From Clostridia bacterium (lineage in GTDB: Bacteria; Bacillota; Clostridia; Christensenellales; UBA1242): a stretch of DNA of 64,000 nucleotides. The stretch is taken from the NCBI GenBank assembly GCA_045598865.1, contig JAZRVA010000058.1:15300-79299 (forward strand). Direction: 5' to 3'. Positions 22,602 through 37,600 of this stretch are shown here, in pieces. Under the pieces are notes generated by a model, which was given only the letters and a program-made list of their open reading frames with translations, had not been told where the DNA came from and did not search any database. Both the position numbers and the translations under genes were made by a program. Position 1 is the first letter of the stretch; each line of letters starts with the position of its first letter.

Positions 22602-25600
22602 ATGAAAACAAATTGTTTTAAAAAAGTTTTGTTCTGCTTTGTAAGTGCAATGTTTGCGCTTGCAGGGTTTTTTGGTGGTGGAGTGCTTGCAGTTAAAACA
22701 GCGGGCGCTGGTTCTGCCACGGCCGGAACAAACAACCTTGGCATAACCGCCGCATCAAAAAACTCTTTGCCAATGGCTTATCAAGAACTTGAATATATTG
22801 AGTCTACTGGTGAGCAGTATATTGATACAAACACCTTTTATTCATCTGCTGATTATGCAATAGAAGTTAAATGCACGGTTACAACTTTGTCACAAAACCA
22901 ATATGCTGCGATTTTTGGAACAATTGAGAATAATGAATCCAATCCTGCTTTTGTTTTGTTTGGAATTAATAGTATTTCAGGAAGATTTGGTAAATGGACA
23001 TCAAGTTCTGACAACACATTGAGTTCCGGCGTCCAATGGGTTGTTGGAGAAACCCATATAATCAAGGCAACAACCGGAAGATTGGAACTTGATGGGCAAG
23101 AGTTCGAAAATGGGCAAGAGTTTTCATTTGTATCCTCTTCTATGAAGCTATTTTGTCGTGGCGGATATAATTCGGCAGTATTTTATAATAGTGCTTATGA
23201 AAAATGCAGAATATACTATTGCAAAATCTTTAATGGCAATATCTTGGTTCGTAACTTTGTGCCATGTTATGAAAAGGCAACGGGCAAAGCCGGGCTTTAT
23301 GACACAGTGGAAGGCAAGTTTTATGCAAATGCAAACACCTCTGCTAGTGTAGACTTCACCCGTGGCCCAGAAATCAAAACCACCGAAAAGCTTGTAAACC
23401 AAGCCCGAATGCTTAGTGGTAATACTAGTATACCATCTTATTTGACTCCTGTAGAATACATAAAGAGCACAGGCACGCAATACATAGACAGTGGCTTTGC
23501 CCCACAGGGTGGAGTTGCCTACAAGGTTGAGGTTGACTTTCAATTAAATTATAACGGTGGTGAAAATTGGGCATTTGCTATGTATTCCGATCCATACACA
23601 TGGAGGTGTGGTGGTTCTGGTTCACTTCATACTGACAGTTACTTTACTTACTCTCAAAGCACATGGAATGTTAGAACTCTTGGCAAAAGCAGTGTTACAC
23701 TTTCTGGTTCTAACAGCAACAATAGAACGGTGCTTTTCTTTGGCCAAAGAGAAGCAGGCATTGCCTACCACGTGGCAAACAGTCGTTTAACATTTTATAG
23801 TTGCAAAATTTGGGCTGCTGGGAAATTGATCCATCAATATATTCCAGTTAAGACAAATGCTGAAACTGAGGCGTATATTGGCTTTACACAAACAACTGCT
23901 GCTGCAGGCACCGCTGGCCTTTATGATATTGTTGATGGCAAGTTTTATGTTAATGCTGGAACAGGCACCTTCCAAGAAGGAACAGAAAAACCAAGTGTTG
24001 TTTCAGAAGTTAGTTTGGAAAGAATAACGGGTGGCAAGTTTACAACTTTGGCTGCAATTGAAAGTACCGGAACACAATGGATTGATACGGGATTTAAGAT
24101 TGGTACAAATAGTCAATTAAAGGCAGATTTTCAATTTTCTGGAACAACAAATCAAGTTCTTGTTAGTGGTGGTAGTCAAATAATTCCCATCGCTGTTTAC
24201 GGTAATTACTTGTCTTTTTGGGTAGATGGTGGGGATTCTTATCCAAGTATGCAAACTATTTCTGCAAATACAAGATACAACGTTGATTATAATTTTAAAA
24301 ATAAATATGTGAACGTTAATGGCACTAAAGTTTATGATATGACTTATTCAAGTTCAAAAACTGCGAATATAGACTCTGCTATATTTGTGAATAGGTATGG
24401 TGGTTCTAATTCTTTTGATAGGTATTGTTCCTGCAAATTATATTATCTTCAAATTTTTGATGATAACAATATTGTTCGTAGCTTTGTTCCTGCTATGGCT
24501 AATGAAACTATTGCGACAGCCTACAATGGCACAAGCACTGTTAGCAATGTGGCTGCTGGCACTGTGGGGCTTTATGACACTGTTGAAAACAAATTTTATG
24601 TTAACTCTGGCAGCAACGTATTTTTTGCTGAGGAAAACTTTGACTTGGTTTTGGAATATGATTCCACAAAAGTAAATTCTACCGGTGGTGGTGAATATGG
24701 TTTGGTTGCGGTTGAGGATAACGGAGATGGCTCATACACTCACGTGGTTGAGGCAGATTATACAACCCAACCTGCTGGTGGATTGTTTGCCAAAGTAACC
24801 GACCCAAGTGGGGAGTTGGTGGCACAAGGCATCATTGCTTCAGTGGAGGCGGGCGATAGTGGTGTGACATACTTTAAATTTAACTATTCAAGCAATGTTC
24901 CTACATACAAAATAAGCATTTGGAGTTATGATTCACAAGGTTATTACACCAGCAATATGACAAAGGCAAGCACAATTGTTTATTTGAACGGGCAAGATGG
25001 CGTGGACGGAGAAGGCTATGGCATAGAATACGACAAGCCAGTTAAGAGCCTTACCAAGGCCTTCCAGATTGCAAACGGCTTGGCTGCAAATGACGTGACA
25101 ATTTGGGTTACTGGAAACAACTTCTACGTTGGCAATGAGGTGGACCGCAATGGCAATGGTGGAGAACCAATTAAACTTGAAACCAACAAAAACATTAACA
25201 TTTTTGTGGCTTCTAGTGCAAACCAAGCATTTTTTGTGTTTGACGACCAAGACAACACAAAGGAATATCCAACCTATGAAATAATTTTTGGTGACGAAGA
25301 TGGCATTGGCAGTATTGTGTTTGACGGCACTTACTGCACCGGCGATCTTGAAGCTGTGTTTGACTTGACACCAAACAGGTTTGAAATTGTTGAGTTTTTG
25401 AGCGGGGTGGAAATTAAAAACTTTGAGGTAGAATATATTTTTGATTTGGACGTTGGCCAAAACACAAGCGGGCACGACGTTGTGCTTATTGACGGCGTTT
25501 TGTTTGAAAACAACACGGTTGACGCTGTTGTTTATGTTGAAGATGATGGAATTGCAACTGTGCAAAACAGCCAGTTTGTTAACAACACAACCACTAAGGG

Positions 25601-28600
25601 GTGTGTTTTGGTTGACAATGGTGGTGTGGCCACAATAGAGAATTGCGTTTTTGATGGCAACGCAAACAACACTGGCTATGCTTTGGCAATTAACGCAAGT
25701 GGCGATGTTACAATTGAGGGTTGCGAGTTTTTAAACTCCAATTCAACCATGCCGGTTATTCTTGTTGATGGTGCAGAAGCAACTTTGACATCACCTTTAA
25801 TTTCTGGCAACACTTTGCAAAATGTAATTAAACTACAAAACGGTGCAAGCCTTGTTATTGATGGTGATTTTGACGCAGCAAACAACACAATTTCCGGCAA
25901 TATTATTAATTTGACAAATTCTGACCTAACTATTAACGGCGGTGTGTTTTCCAACTTTGTTTTGGGCGACAAATGTGTGATTGATGCAAATTTTGACGAT
26001 GCACAAACACACACAATTGCCTTAACCGGCGGAAAATTTAATGGCAATATTGGCTCTGTTTTGGGTGTGGCTTCCACAAACGCTTCTGGCAAAGTTTTTG
26101 TTAACATAACCGGTGGCGAGTTTGAGGGCAACAGCGCACAAAATGGTGCTGTTCTTAATTTGACTGGTTTAAACAATGTTTCTCTTAATGTGGAAGGACT
26201 TATATTCCAGCAGAACAGCACCACACTTCCAACCTCTTTCGGTGGCGTTTTATGGGCTGACGGATTGAAGATTATTAACTTTGAAGATTGTCAGTTTGTG
26301 TGCAATACTTCTGCTAGCGGAGCAGTTTTGTGGGCTAACAACTGCGCAGAAATTGCCATTGAAAACTGCACATTTAAGCAAAACGTTGCAAATGGTTTGA
26401 AAAACCAAGATGCTTCTGCTGTGGTTATTAGCAACAACTCTTTGGGCACAACGGCAACCATAACTGGTAGCACATTTAAAAATAACTCTGCCGTTGCTGG
26501 CGCCGTGATTGCCGTTTTGGGCAAAGTGGATTTGACACTTGACAGCACAATTTTTGATGCCAACACAACAAGCCAAAATTTGGCTGAAAACGCAAATGTT
26601 TTGTTTGCAATAAATAACGGCGCAAGCAACTTGCCAAGCATTAGCTTTGTGGGTGGTCAAATTGTTAACACAACAACAGCAACTATCGTTGTTCTTGATT
26701 ATTTTGCAAACTTTAGCATTGATGGGCTTGTTGTTAAAGACAACTCTTGCCTTGGTTTTGTTAACAACAATGGCAATGTTGCAGATTGTGTGGCAGAGGT
26801 TAAAAATGTTCAAATTTTAAATAACCAATTTGAACAAAATTATTTGTTTAATGGCTTTGACGAAGCAAATGTTGAAGGCACAACAATTTCTGGCAACAAA
26901 ACAAATGGGATTTTAAACAAAGAAACTTTGAAATTTGTGGTTTCTAACACACAAGTTTTGAACAACCAGTTTGAAAACTTTGCATTTGCAGTTTGCAACA
27001 CAAATCAACTTTTTGACACTGTTGTTTTTGATTCCAACTCCTTGGGTTTTGGTGCAATTTACTTTAACACATGCGATGTAAACACAGCAATTTCTCAATA
27101 TAAAATTGAAGGAATAAAATTTTTAAACAACACATCAAAAAATGGTGTGATTAGTGATCTTAACGGCATGGTTAGCAACTTGATTGTGTGCAACAACATT
27201 TTCTCGGGCAACACAGCCTGTTTGGGAGGTGGTGCAATCTCCACATTTGGCGCGAAAGTTAGTATTTTTGACAACAACTTTATCGGCAACCAAAGTGTTG
27301 TGGGGGCAGAAGGCCCATATGTTGGTCTTGGCGGAGCAATACTAAGTGGCAATAACGTTATAGATATAGATTACAATATTTTTGATAGCAACCTGGCAGA
27401 AAAATCTGGCGGTGTTTTGGCAGTGGTTGGCGCAACAAGTGTTAACATTGGCAAAAATGCAAGCGTTGCACCAGAATTTGTAAACAACATGGCAAAATCC
27501 ACACAAAATAGTGTTTTTGGCGGTGTAATTTATATTAACAACGTTTCTGCAGGTTTGGAAATTTATTGCGGAAACTTTACAAACAACAAAGCTGAATCTG
27601 GCACATCTTTCCTAGCAAATGGTGGTGTTATTTACACAAATGCAAACACCAGAATTTACAGCGCAAATTTTGTTGGTAACTCCTCAACCACAAACGGTGG
27701 CGTTGTTTATTTAAACGATATAGACCCAACAAGTTTGTATATAGATGCAATTTGTGCAAGAGGCAACATATCTGGCAACGGTGGTTTTGCTTCCACAAGG
27801 AGCAATGATCAAACAACCATTACAATTTGTGACGGGATTTTTGAAAGCAACCAGGCATCTCAAAACGGCGGCGTTATTTACTTAATTCGTGGCGTTTTAA
27901 AAATGTTTGGTGGAACATACAGCCAAAATAGTGCAGCAGGCAACGGTGGTGTTTTCTGCCTTGTTTCTTCCTCTAGCATAATGGCAACAATAATAGATTG
28001 TGAATTCTTGCAAAACACAGCAGGCAACGGCGGTGCAATTTACTTAGAAAAAACTTTGACTCTCAACTTAAAACAAAGCACATTTTTGGGCAACAACGCT
28101 TTGCAGGCAGGTGGCGCGGTTTATTATGACGGCACAAACTACAACGTAAGCCAAAAAACAGGTGGCAAACTATATTTAACCAACACAACTATTAGTGGCA
28201 ACAACGCCGTTCAAAATGGCGGTGGTATATATTATAAAAAGCAAGCACTTTTAAGTCTTGCAGGCGAAATTGTTGTTGATGCAAACACCAAAAACGGCAC
28301 GTTTAACACCGAAACTGGTTTGTATGAAGGCACAAACAACAATAACCTAGAAATAGTAAAATATGCAACAAACGAAAACTTTAACAGAAACAAAACAATT
28401 ATTGCCGCAGCTCTAACAGAAGGCAGCAAAATTGGCGTTACAACGGCTTTAGATTCTGGCGCAATTGAGGTTGTAGATGTAACCAGCACGGTTAACACAA
28501 ATTACACCCCAATCTCGTCAGATTATGATTACTTCACAGCAGATGACTCAGCAAACTATGCATTATTTGCAGATGCGTCAGCACTTAAAATTCAAAAATT

Positions 28601-31600
28601 AGCAAACAGCACAAGCCAAGTTGTGGCCGTTGCATCAAATGCAGTTTATGAGTATGACGGCGAATATCACGGAATAAAAATTGACGTGCTTGGCTACAAC
28701 ACAACAGCAGGCTATCAAATATATTTAAATTCAAGCAGCACAGGCAGTTATGCTTTGTGGTATACAAGTTCAACAAACATATATGAAGACCTTGGTGAGG
28801 TTGCAACCGACACAATTTTTGCAAAAGACGTTGGCACAACCAAAACAATATACTATGCAGTTCAGTCCACAGGCAGAACTCAGGCCACAGGCAGTGCCAC
28901 AGTGACCATTGTAAAATCCAGAGTTTATGTTAAGGCAGAACCAATTGTAACCAACTTGTATGTTGGTCAAGCACTTTCCACCGCCACAGTAACGGGCGGC
29001 GCAGTTGCAAACTTGCAAAACGAAATTGCCGGCACTTGGAGTTGGAAAGATGGCAGCATAACCCCAACAGCCATGGGCTATGCATATTTTGATATGACCT
29101 TCACCCCAACCAACACAGCAGAATTTGCCACACTTAACGTGCCAGTTTTGTGCTGGGTTAACGGTTATGACGAAATTTATTTCTATGCAAATAGAGGCGA
29201 AGTTAACGGAAGAAACGTGTTAACATATGAAGCAACCGATTCAACTGGCATACAAAAATGTATAGACGCCTTAAACGATGGCGGCAAGTTGTATTTTGCA
29301 AGCTCAATAAATATAAACAATTACTCAGCCGACCTTAATATAGTTGCAAATAACAAAACGGTTTATATAATTTCAACTTTAAGCAACTACCCAATGATTT
29401 CAACAGGAAATTTAAATTCTAACAATATAAAAATAAATATTGGCATGCCAAATATGACCGGAAAAATTGTTTTGTCCACAAACAGCACAACATATCCAAA
29501 AATAATTTTCTCTGACGCAAACACAACGCTTAATATTTATGATGGTGTGGAAATTTGCGGCATAACTTCCACAGACACAGATAATGTAATAATAGATATT
29601 CGCAATTCAACCTTAAATATCTATGGGCTGGAAATTTACAATTGTAACTTGGCTAATGACGTTGCATATTTTGGCAATTCTTCCATTGTTAACATATATA
29701 ATATGTCTGTTCACGATTGCAATATTAGTGGCGATAATTACACAATGCTCTTTGCTGGCACAGCAAATATCTATAATTTGCAGGCGTATAACAACACAGC
29801 CGGCCTTGGTGCAGGCTTGTGCATAAACAGCGCAAACGTTAGTTTGTTTAATGTTAAAGTTCACCACAACACAGCCTCAACTTATGGCGGCGGAATTTAT
29901 TTAAGTCAAAACCCAAAACTTATAGAAAATTTGGAAGTTTACGAAAACGCAGCAGTAATGGGCGGTGGCATTTACGTTAACGCAAATAGCGGCAAAATTT
30001 CCAGCACAAAACAAAATGGCATAAAGTTGTATAACAACCGTGCAATCGGTGCAGAACTCACAGAAGGTGTATATACCGAAGGTAACGGCGGCGCAGTGTA
30101 TGCCACAAAAGATTTTACCATCAAAAACGCCCAAATTTCTGGCAACATCGCCTCTAATAACGGCGGTGGCATTATGGCAAAGGGCAACCTAACAACAAAC
30201 AACGTGGAAATTACAAATAACCAAGTTCTAACCACACAAGAGATTAGTGCAAGCAGCAGCGTTGGCGCTTATCAGCAGGTAGAATATATTGAAAGCACAG
30301 GTACACAGTGGATTGATACTGGTTTAAAAAGTACTACAAAAACAAGATTAGAGATCACTTTGTTGCCAACAAACCAGAATGCAGACGAAAGATTTTTTGG
30401 AGTATATCCAAATGGTTTAATTTTGGCTCAATATATGGGTAGGTGGAGATATGGTGCAAACCTTGATAGTATCGATGTTGAAATAGATTATGAAAATCCA
30501 ACAACAGTAATAGTTGAAAACGGCCATTGGTCTTTTAACAGCAATAATAACAGTGTTAATAAAAATAGTTCAGGCCCTCAAAACTCAAATTGTGATCTAC
30601 CTGTTTTCAATTCAATTTATAACAATAACTATCTTGGTAGTGTTTCTATGAAACTTTATTCATTAAAGATATATGAAGATGGCGAATTGCTTAGAAATTT
30701 TGTTCCAGTTTATTGCATTTCTGGTGAAAACGCAGGCAAGTATGGATTGTATGACACAGTAACAGAAACTTTCTTTGGCAATCAAGCCACAAGTGGCAAT
30801 GACTTTGTGGGTGGCAACCCAACTGGTGTTTACTATGGTTCTTACCAAGTTGCTGCTGGTGGTGCTTGGGTTGGCAGTGCTATAGATGCAAAATCCTCAA
30901 ACACAAGGGTAGAAAACAACGGTGTTAATGTAACAGACCTTTCTGGAACATTGGGCACAGCCGATGTTTATGCCCTTGGTGGTGGTATTTATATTGGTGA
31001 CATGGCAAATATAAATAGCACGCTTTCAAACTTTGTAGTTGCAAACAACTATATTTCAAGCAAATATGAATATGCTAAGGCCTCTGGTGCTGGCATTGCA
31101 ACAAACAACAATTTGACGCTTAGCAACACACAAGTTTATGGCTCATACTTTACTGGCAGCTTTAATGTTAACGCTAGAGGATTTGCTCAAATTGCTCAAA
31201 TAGCGGAAGGTAAAACCTTAACCATTGCAAACTCTAGCGTTACTGGTGAGGATTCTATTACAGCCGAAATTGGTGGCTACGAAGGTTATGTGGTGGAAGG
31301 CTTGGTGGATTTGTCTGCCGGTATTAACTTGTTAAATTTGGGGGATAATCCAGCCCCACTTTCTGTTGCTAGCGGCAAAATGTTAAAAGAAAACAGCAAA
31401 ATTTTTGTGTTCACAACTTCCGCAAACGCAGGCGAAAAGGTTGCCCAGGTAAGTTCAAACTCTGCCAATAACGCAAATCTTCTTTCTGCACTTAAAGTGT
31501 TTGGTAATTCTGGCTACTTTGACGTTGAAATTAGCGGGAGCTTTGTGGTGCTAAAAGTCCCAGCAAAGCGCACAGAAGTGTATATCAACACAAATAGTGG

Positions 31601-34600
31601 CAATATTGATGGTGATGGCAGCGACTCTTCAAAAGTTAAAACTTTGGGCAAGGCCTTATCTCTTGCTGCAAATGGCGCCACAATTTATGTTGAAGGCAAA
31701 ATTACGATTGGCAGCAGCAATCCAAACGAAAACATAACTCTTTCTGATCAGTTAAAATTTATACATTTAGATACAAGCGTAACAATGTTTCATGTGTATA
31801 GTGGTTCCACGTTGACATTGCAAAACGTTTGCTTAAACGCAAATAACCAATCTATTTGCCTTGTGCAGGTGGATGCGGGCGCAACCTTAAACATTTGCGA
31901 CGGTGCAAAAATAACAGGCTCAACAACAACAAACATTGGCAGTGGCGCAATTTTAAACAAAGGCACCACAAACATTTTTGGCGGCGAAATTTCGGGCAAC
32001 ACAAGCACAAACCTTATTTATAACGAAAGTGTTCTTAACATAACCGGCGGCGTTATTACAAACAATAGTGTAAGTTATTGCATAAACTCTAAGGGCGGCA
32101 GCGTAAACATTTCTGGCCTAACCGTTTCTAACAACGCAGTTGTTGGCGGCGTGGTGTATGCCACAAACTCAGCCAATGTTTCAACTCACCAGTCTGCAAA
32201 CTTTATTGGCAACACTCTTACCACTTTAAACCACGCAACAATGGGCATTTTCAACATTGTTTCCTCTACTCTCACAATAGATGGTGGCTTGTTTGAAAGC
32301 AACATAGGCAGCGTGATTTATGCCACAAAGGCAAACAGCGGCGAAAAGAGCAATGTAACCATTGCAAACGCCACATTCCTTTTAAATTCCACCACAGAAA
32401 ATGGTGCCGTGGTGTGGGTAAAAAATGCACTTGTAACCTTGAATCAAGGCAACTTGTTTGAGGGTAACACAGCAAACAAATTTGGTGGCGCAATTTATGT
32501 TGAATGCGGCGAAGTTAGCTCAATCACAGGCAAAATAACCAAAGGTCTTATTGTAAACGACGGCACATTTGTAAATAACACGGCAAACCAGGGCGGCGCA
32601 ATTTGCTTTGATAAAGATGCACAAGCCGTTATCAAAAACGCCTGCTTTAATGGCAACACAGCCGGCACTGGCGGCGCAATTTGCTTAAAAGGCACCACAG
32701 GTTTTGTGGTTGAAAATGCATCGTTTAAAAACAACCACGCCGTGTATGGCGAGGGCAAAGATGGCAAGGGCGGCGCAATTAGCGTTGTGGGCGCAGTGGA
32801 CAACGTGCAAAATGCAAACCCAACAACAAACTTGATAGTATTTAACGCAAATATTGTTGGCAACACAGCCGGCAAATTTGGTGGCGCAATTTACTTAGAG
32901 TATGCCGTGGCAACAATACAGTATGCCACAATTTCTGGCAATTCAGCCACCGAAAGTTCTGCCAAAGGTGGCGCAATGGCAGTTATGGGCAGCGTGCTTA
33001 ATATTGTTAGTGGCAATTACTTGCAAAACACAGCCTCTGGCACTCTTGGCAAAGGCCACACAATTTATGTGGATAAGGCAGATAATGGAGATGCAGTTTC
33101 TTCCACTCTTAACATAACCGGTGGCACAATAATAAGCCAAGAAACCACCCCATTTGCCTCAAACACAGGCAGTGTGCACGTGGCAAACGGCACCACAAAC
33201 GTGGGTCAAAACGCCTACATTTTTGGCAACACCCAAAACTTGTTCTTAGCACCAAAAGGTATTTCAATACCAGGTTTCCAAGCTGTGGAGTATATACAAA
33301 GTAGTGGAGAACAGTATATTAATACAAATTATACATTGAATTCTCCAAATATTGAATTAAATTTTGAAATGGAATTGATAGGAGATAATGTTAGAAATAT
33401 AGTCCAAATCGTACCAAATGTTACAGGTTCATATTTTGGTTGGGGAAATGATGCTGGTGGTAACAATTATAATTTGTTTTTGAATACCGAATACGTAAAT
33501 GATGTTCATTATATTAGTTTACGACATTCTGCAGGTATGTTGAAAATTCCAACTGGTAATACAAAACATTTTAATGCAAAATTTGTTGCTAATAGCAGCA
33601 GTATGGAGTTTTCTGTAAATGGAGAAACAGAATCAACCTCTATAAGTCATGTTAGTTATAAGGGAAATATTTATCTCTTTCAATCAAATGGTGGCAGTGC
33701 ATATGGCAGGGGTCATCGAGCTATTAAATTGTATAGGTGGACTCTTTACAACAATTCAACCCTCGTTCGTGATTTCATCCCAGTAAAAGCCACACAAGCA
33801 GTTGATGCAAGCAAAGTTTCCACAGGCGTTGCACAACCAGCCGGCACTGTTGGTCTTTATGACTTAGTAAACGAAATTTTCTATGTAAACTCTGGCACCG
33901 GCACTTTTGAAGGGCCTGTTAAAGGTGGTGTGGAAGAATCTCAACCACTTGTTATTACCGAGGCTTTTGAAGAGGGTGCAAAAGTTGGTGTAACCACTCA
34001 AAACACAGGCAGTTACACATTGTTTGGTTCTGCTTCTCATGTTGCAACTTTAAAACAAGCCGATTATGCCGCTTTTGTGGTTGCAGACGACACAACAAAT
34101 TGCCGCATAGATTTAAACCAAAACAAACTTTATATGGCCAAAAAACAAGCCGATAGTTTAAGTTATGTTGCAACAGATTATATTGGTCAATATGATGGCG
34201 CATCTCATGGTATAGATTTTGCCTTTACTTATCAACCAGCAAATGTAAATGATGCCGTGTTTGCAGAGGCCACTTTGGATTCCTCTGGCAATTTGGTTGT
34301 GCCAACCTCTTGGGTAAACGCTCAGCCTGCTTTTGATAGCGGCAGCCACATTGTTGCCTTTAAAATTTCCGGCAGTGCTTTGTCTGAACCTATTATAGAT
34401 TACAGAAAGGTTGTTATAACTAACGCCGAACCAGTTATTGTGCAAAACCCAACTGTAAATTCACTTTTATATAATGTAGATTACGGCCAGGGAGGGCGAA
34501 CCCCACCTAGCTTTATTGGCGGCCGCGCCGAATATAACGGCAGGATTGTTTCTGGCAGATTCAGCTGGACTCAAACCTCATTTAGATATGACAACATTGG

Positions 34601-37600
34601 CGATCAAACTGCCTATGTAACTTTCACTCCAACCAACACAAAGGCTTATGGTTCCGTAAGCTTTGAAATGAACGTTAAGGTTAAAGCCGAAAATGTTTAT
34701 TACAAAGATGGGCACTTCTATTTGGATGCAGATTGCACACAACAAACAGATTTGGCAAACATGCAAGATGCAATAACCAGCCTTGTTGCAAATGGCAAAG
34801 TTTATATTAGATCTACTTATTCAGTTTCTTCCACCGAGTATTGGGTGCCAGATAATAATGTAACCATTGTAAGGCACAATTCATACACCTCCGGCAACTT
34901 AATTGAAGTTGAAAGCGCAGGCAATCTTACAATTGGCAGAGATGAAAATGGTGATGTTTCTGTTTACAATCTCACGTTGGCTGGTGGCGCAGTAATCAGC
35001 GGCAGCACAAACAGCGGGTTCAAAGCCACAAGCGGAAGTTTAATTTACACAACCGACAATGCAAAACTTAAAATTTGCGGAAATGTTTTTATTAATCAAA
35101 GCGAAAGTGAAGCAAACGCAGCAATCTATGTGAACGGTGCATCCGAGTTTGGCATTTATGGCTACAAAGACCAAGAAAATCCAAACACTGTGCAAATTAC
35201 AAACAACTGGGCAAAAAATGGTGCTGCTTTGTATGTTAAAAACTGCTCAAATGCCGTTATAGATGGTGTTTTGATTACTGGAAACAAAATGACAAGACAG
35301 GAAAGTTCCTCTGGTGTTATAACATTTGAAGATAGTTCCGTGCTTATAAAATCTGCAAACATTACTTCCAACACTTCTGCAAACAAAGGTGGCGCAATGG
35401 TGTTAATCTCAACTGATGCTGCAACCCCTTGCACTGTAGAACTTAAACCAGACACTTTAAACAAGGAAATTTCCGTAACATACAACACTTGCATTAGCAA
35501 CACTTTTGATATTGGCGAAAATTGCTACCTTAAAGTTTATTCTTGCATTGTTGAAGACAATACCTCTTCAAGTGGCGACGGCAGCTTTGCAGCAATTAGC
35601 GCAAATTATGATGCAGCAAACGCAAAAAGCGGATTAATGTTCCTAGCAAATGATGAAGGCAAAAATTCTTCAATCCTTGTTAGAGGTAGTGTTTATTTAA
35701 CATACCCAGTTTCCGGTTCCGATTTGCCAGTTATTGTTCAAAAAACAAGTTTGGATAGTAATTCCGAAATAACAATTCAGGTTAGTGACCTAGCAAGAAT
35801 TAGTGTGGGAACAATGTTTGTTAAAAAGGTTGATTTCACCGATGCGATTTTGGATGAATATGGCCTTAGCGTTTACTCACTTGCAACTAATTTGCAAAAT
35901 GCAGATTGGTATATTGCAGAAATCACACAGCACAACACGGCTTCTGTTTCTGGCACAACAAACAACAGCCTTGAATTTGGTCAAGATTTCACCTTGCAGG
36001 TTTACAACAGACAAGGGGATTCAAATGCTTATGAAGAACTAAACGTTAAATACGGGAAGAAATATTCCGATTATTTCTCATCCACTCAAATTTCAGACGG
36101 CACAAACACTTACAGTTTATCTTATTCCGGCTTTGAGGTGGATGGCTTTAAATTGCGCACTGGTAATACCATCGAGGTTTATATTCCATACAACCTAGAC
36201 GATATAAACGACCAGATTTATTGTGGTAAGAATATTCATGTTTCATGGAAAGTTTCAAACCCAATTGTTCAGTTAACAGTAAACACGTTAACAGCAACCT
36301 ATGGCGAACAAGTTGTTTTAACTGCAAATATTTTAAATTATAATGATAGCGGTGTTTTTGAATACGAATATAATTGGTTTTATTGTGCAGCTGGCGCTGA
36401 TAGTTTTGATTATGAAGAAAGCCTTGGTCACGGTAATTCATTAACATTAACAACAGTTGCAGAAAGTGGAAAATACCATGTTGCTGTTACTGCTAAATAC
36501 AAACTTACAGGAAATGATTATTTTGGCACTTCAAATGATTTAGAAATAACAATCAGCCCAAAAAATGTTAAGATTAATTTGCAAAAGCAAGAGTTTGAAT
36601 ATACTGGCTTACAAATAGACGTTAGATATTTAAACGGAGCAAACTCTACAGATGGTAGCAACATTATTGTTGTTGAAGGTTTAGCTTACTCAGAAGACGA
36701 AAGTGTTTTGGGTTTAACATATTCTGGCAACCAACAAACCAATGCAAATCCTAGCGGGTATTATGAAGTTACAATTAATTGCAGTAGTCAAAACTATCAA
36801 ATTGTTAACACTAGTGGAGAGGTTAATAATGTTTTTGCATGGCGCATTACCCCAAGAGTTTTGCAAATTGCAAATTGGGTTGACGCTTTGCACAGTAATG
36901 ATGTTTCACACGAATTAAATATTTACTCAATGGCTTATGAGACAGATGAATTTAATCGCCATATTGTAATGCCTGCATGGCAGAATGTTTATAGTAGTGA
37001 CGTTGTTGTTGTAGAAGCACAAGTAAAGGACAATAGCAATGTAGTTGTTGGAACGTATTATTTCTATGTTTCATCAACCACAACCTCAAGCGCTTTTGTT
37101 AGCGCGATAGATAAAAACCCATTGGAGCCTTCAAATATTCTTAATGTTACAGGTTTTTATCAGGTTGGTCGTTATACCACAGAGTTAACGGGCGTTTGTT
37201 CAAACACAAATTACACGGTTGATTTAAATAATGCATCTTTTGTATGGAACATCACGGGTGCACAGGCGTTTATTGATTTGTGGCAAGTAGAAGGTGGCAG
37301 TTACCCTCACAGCACCTATTCATCTTCCGGCATAAGTGTTGACTATACTGGCAATAATTACAAAATTGCTGTTTCAATGAAAGATTCTAGAGGCAACTCA
37401 ATAACTTCTAATTTAACAGTTAGAGTAACAATTTCTGGGCAAGAAGCAAATGGTTTATCTTCTTCCGGTCAATTTGAAGCAGGAACAACAATAGAACCTA
37501 TCGTGTGGGAATATAACGTTTCTAGTTTAGTAATAGTTGGAAATTCCATAAATCTAGATTTAAGTTCTGGTTGCATAGGAAACATAAAAAATGCCGGAAC

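Noticed and set aside
22767-24630. The repeated jelly-roll modules as template and variable repeats of a diversity-generating retroelement
   Set aside because: No reverse transcriptase or accessory gene is in the window. The copies differ throughout rather than at adenine-specific positions, and nucleotide identity between copies is low.
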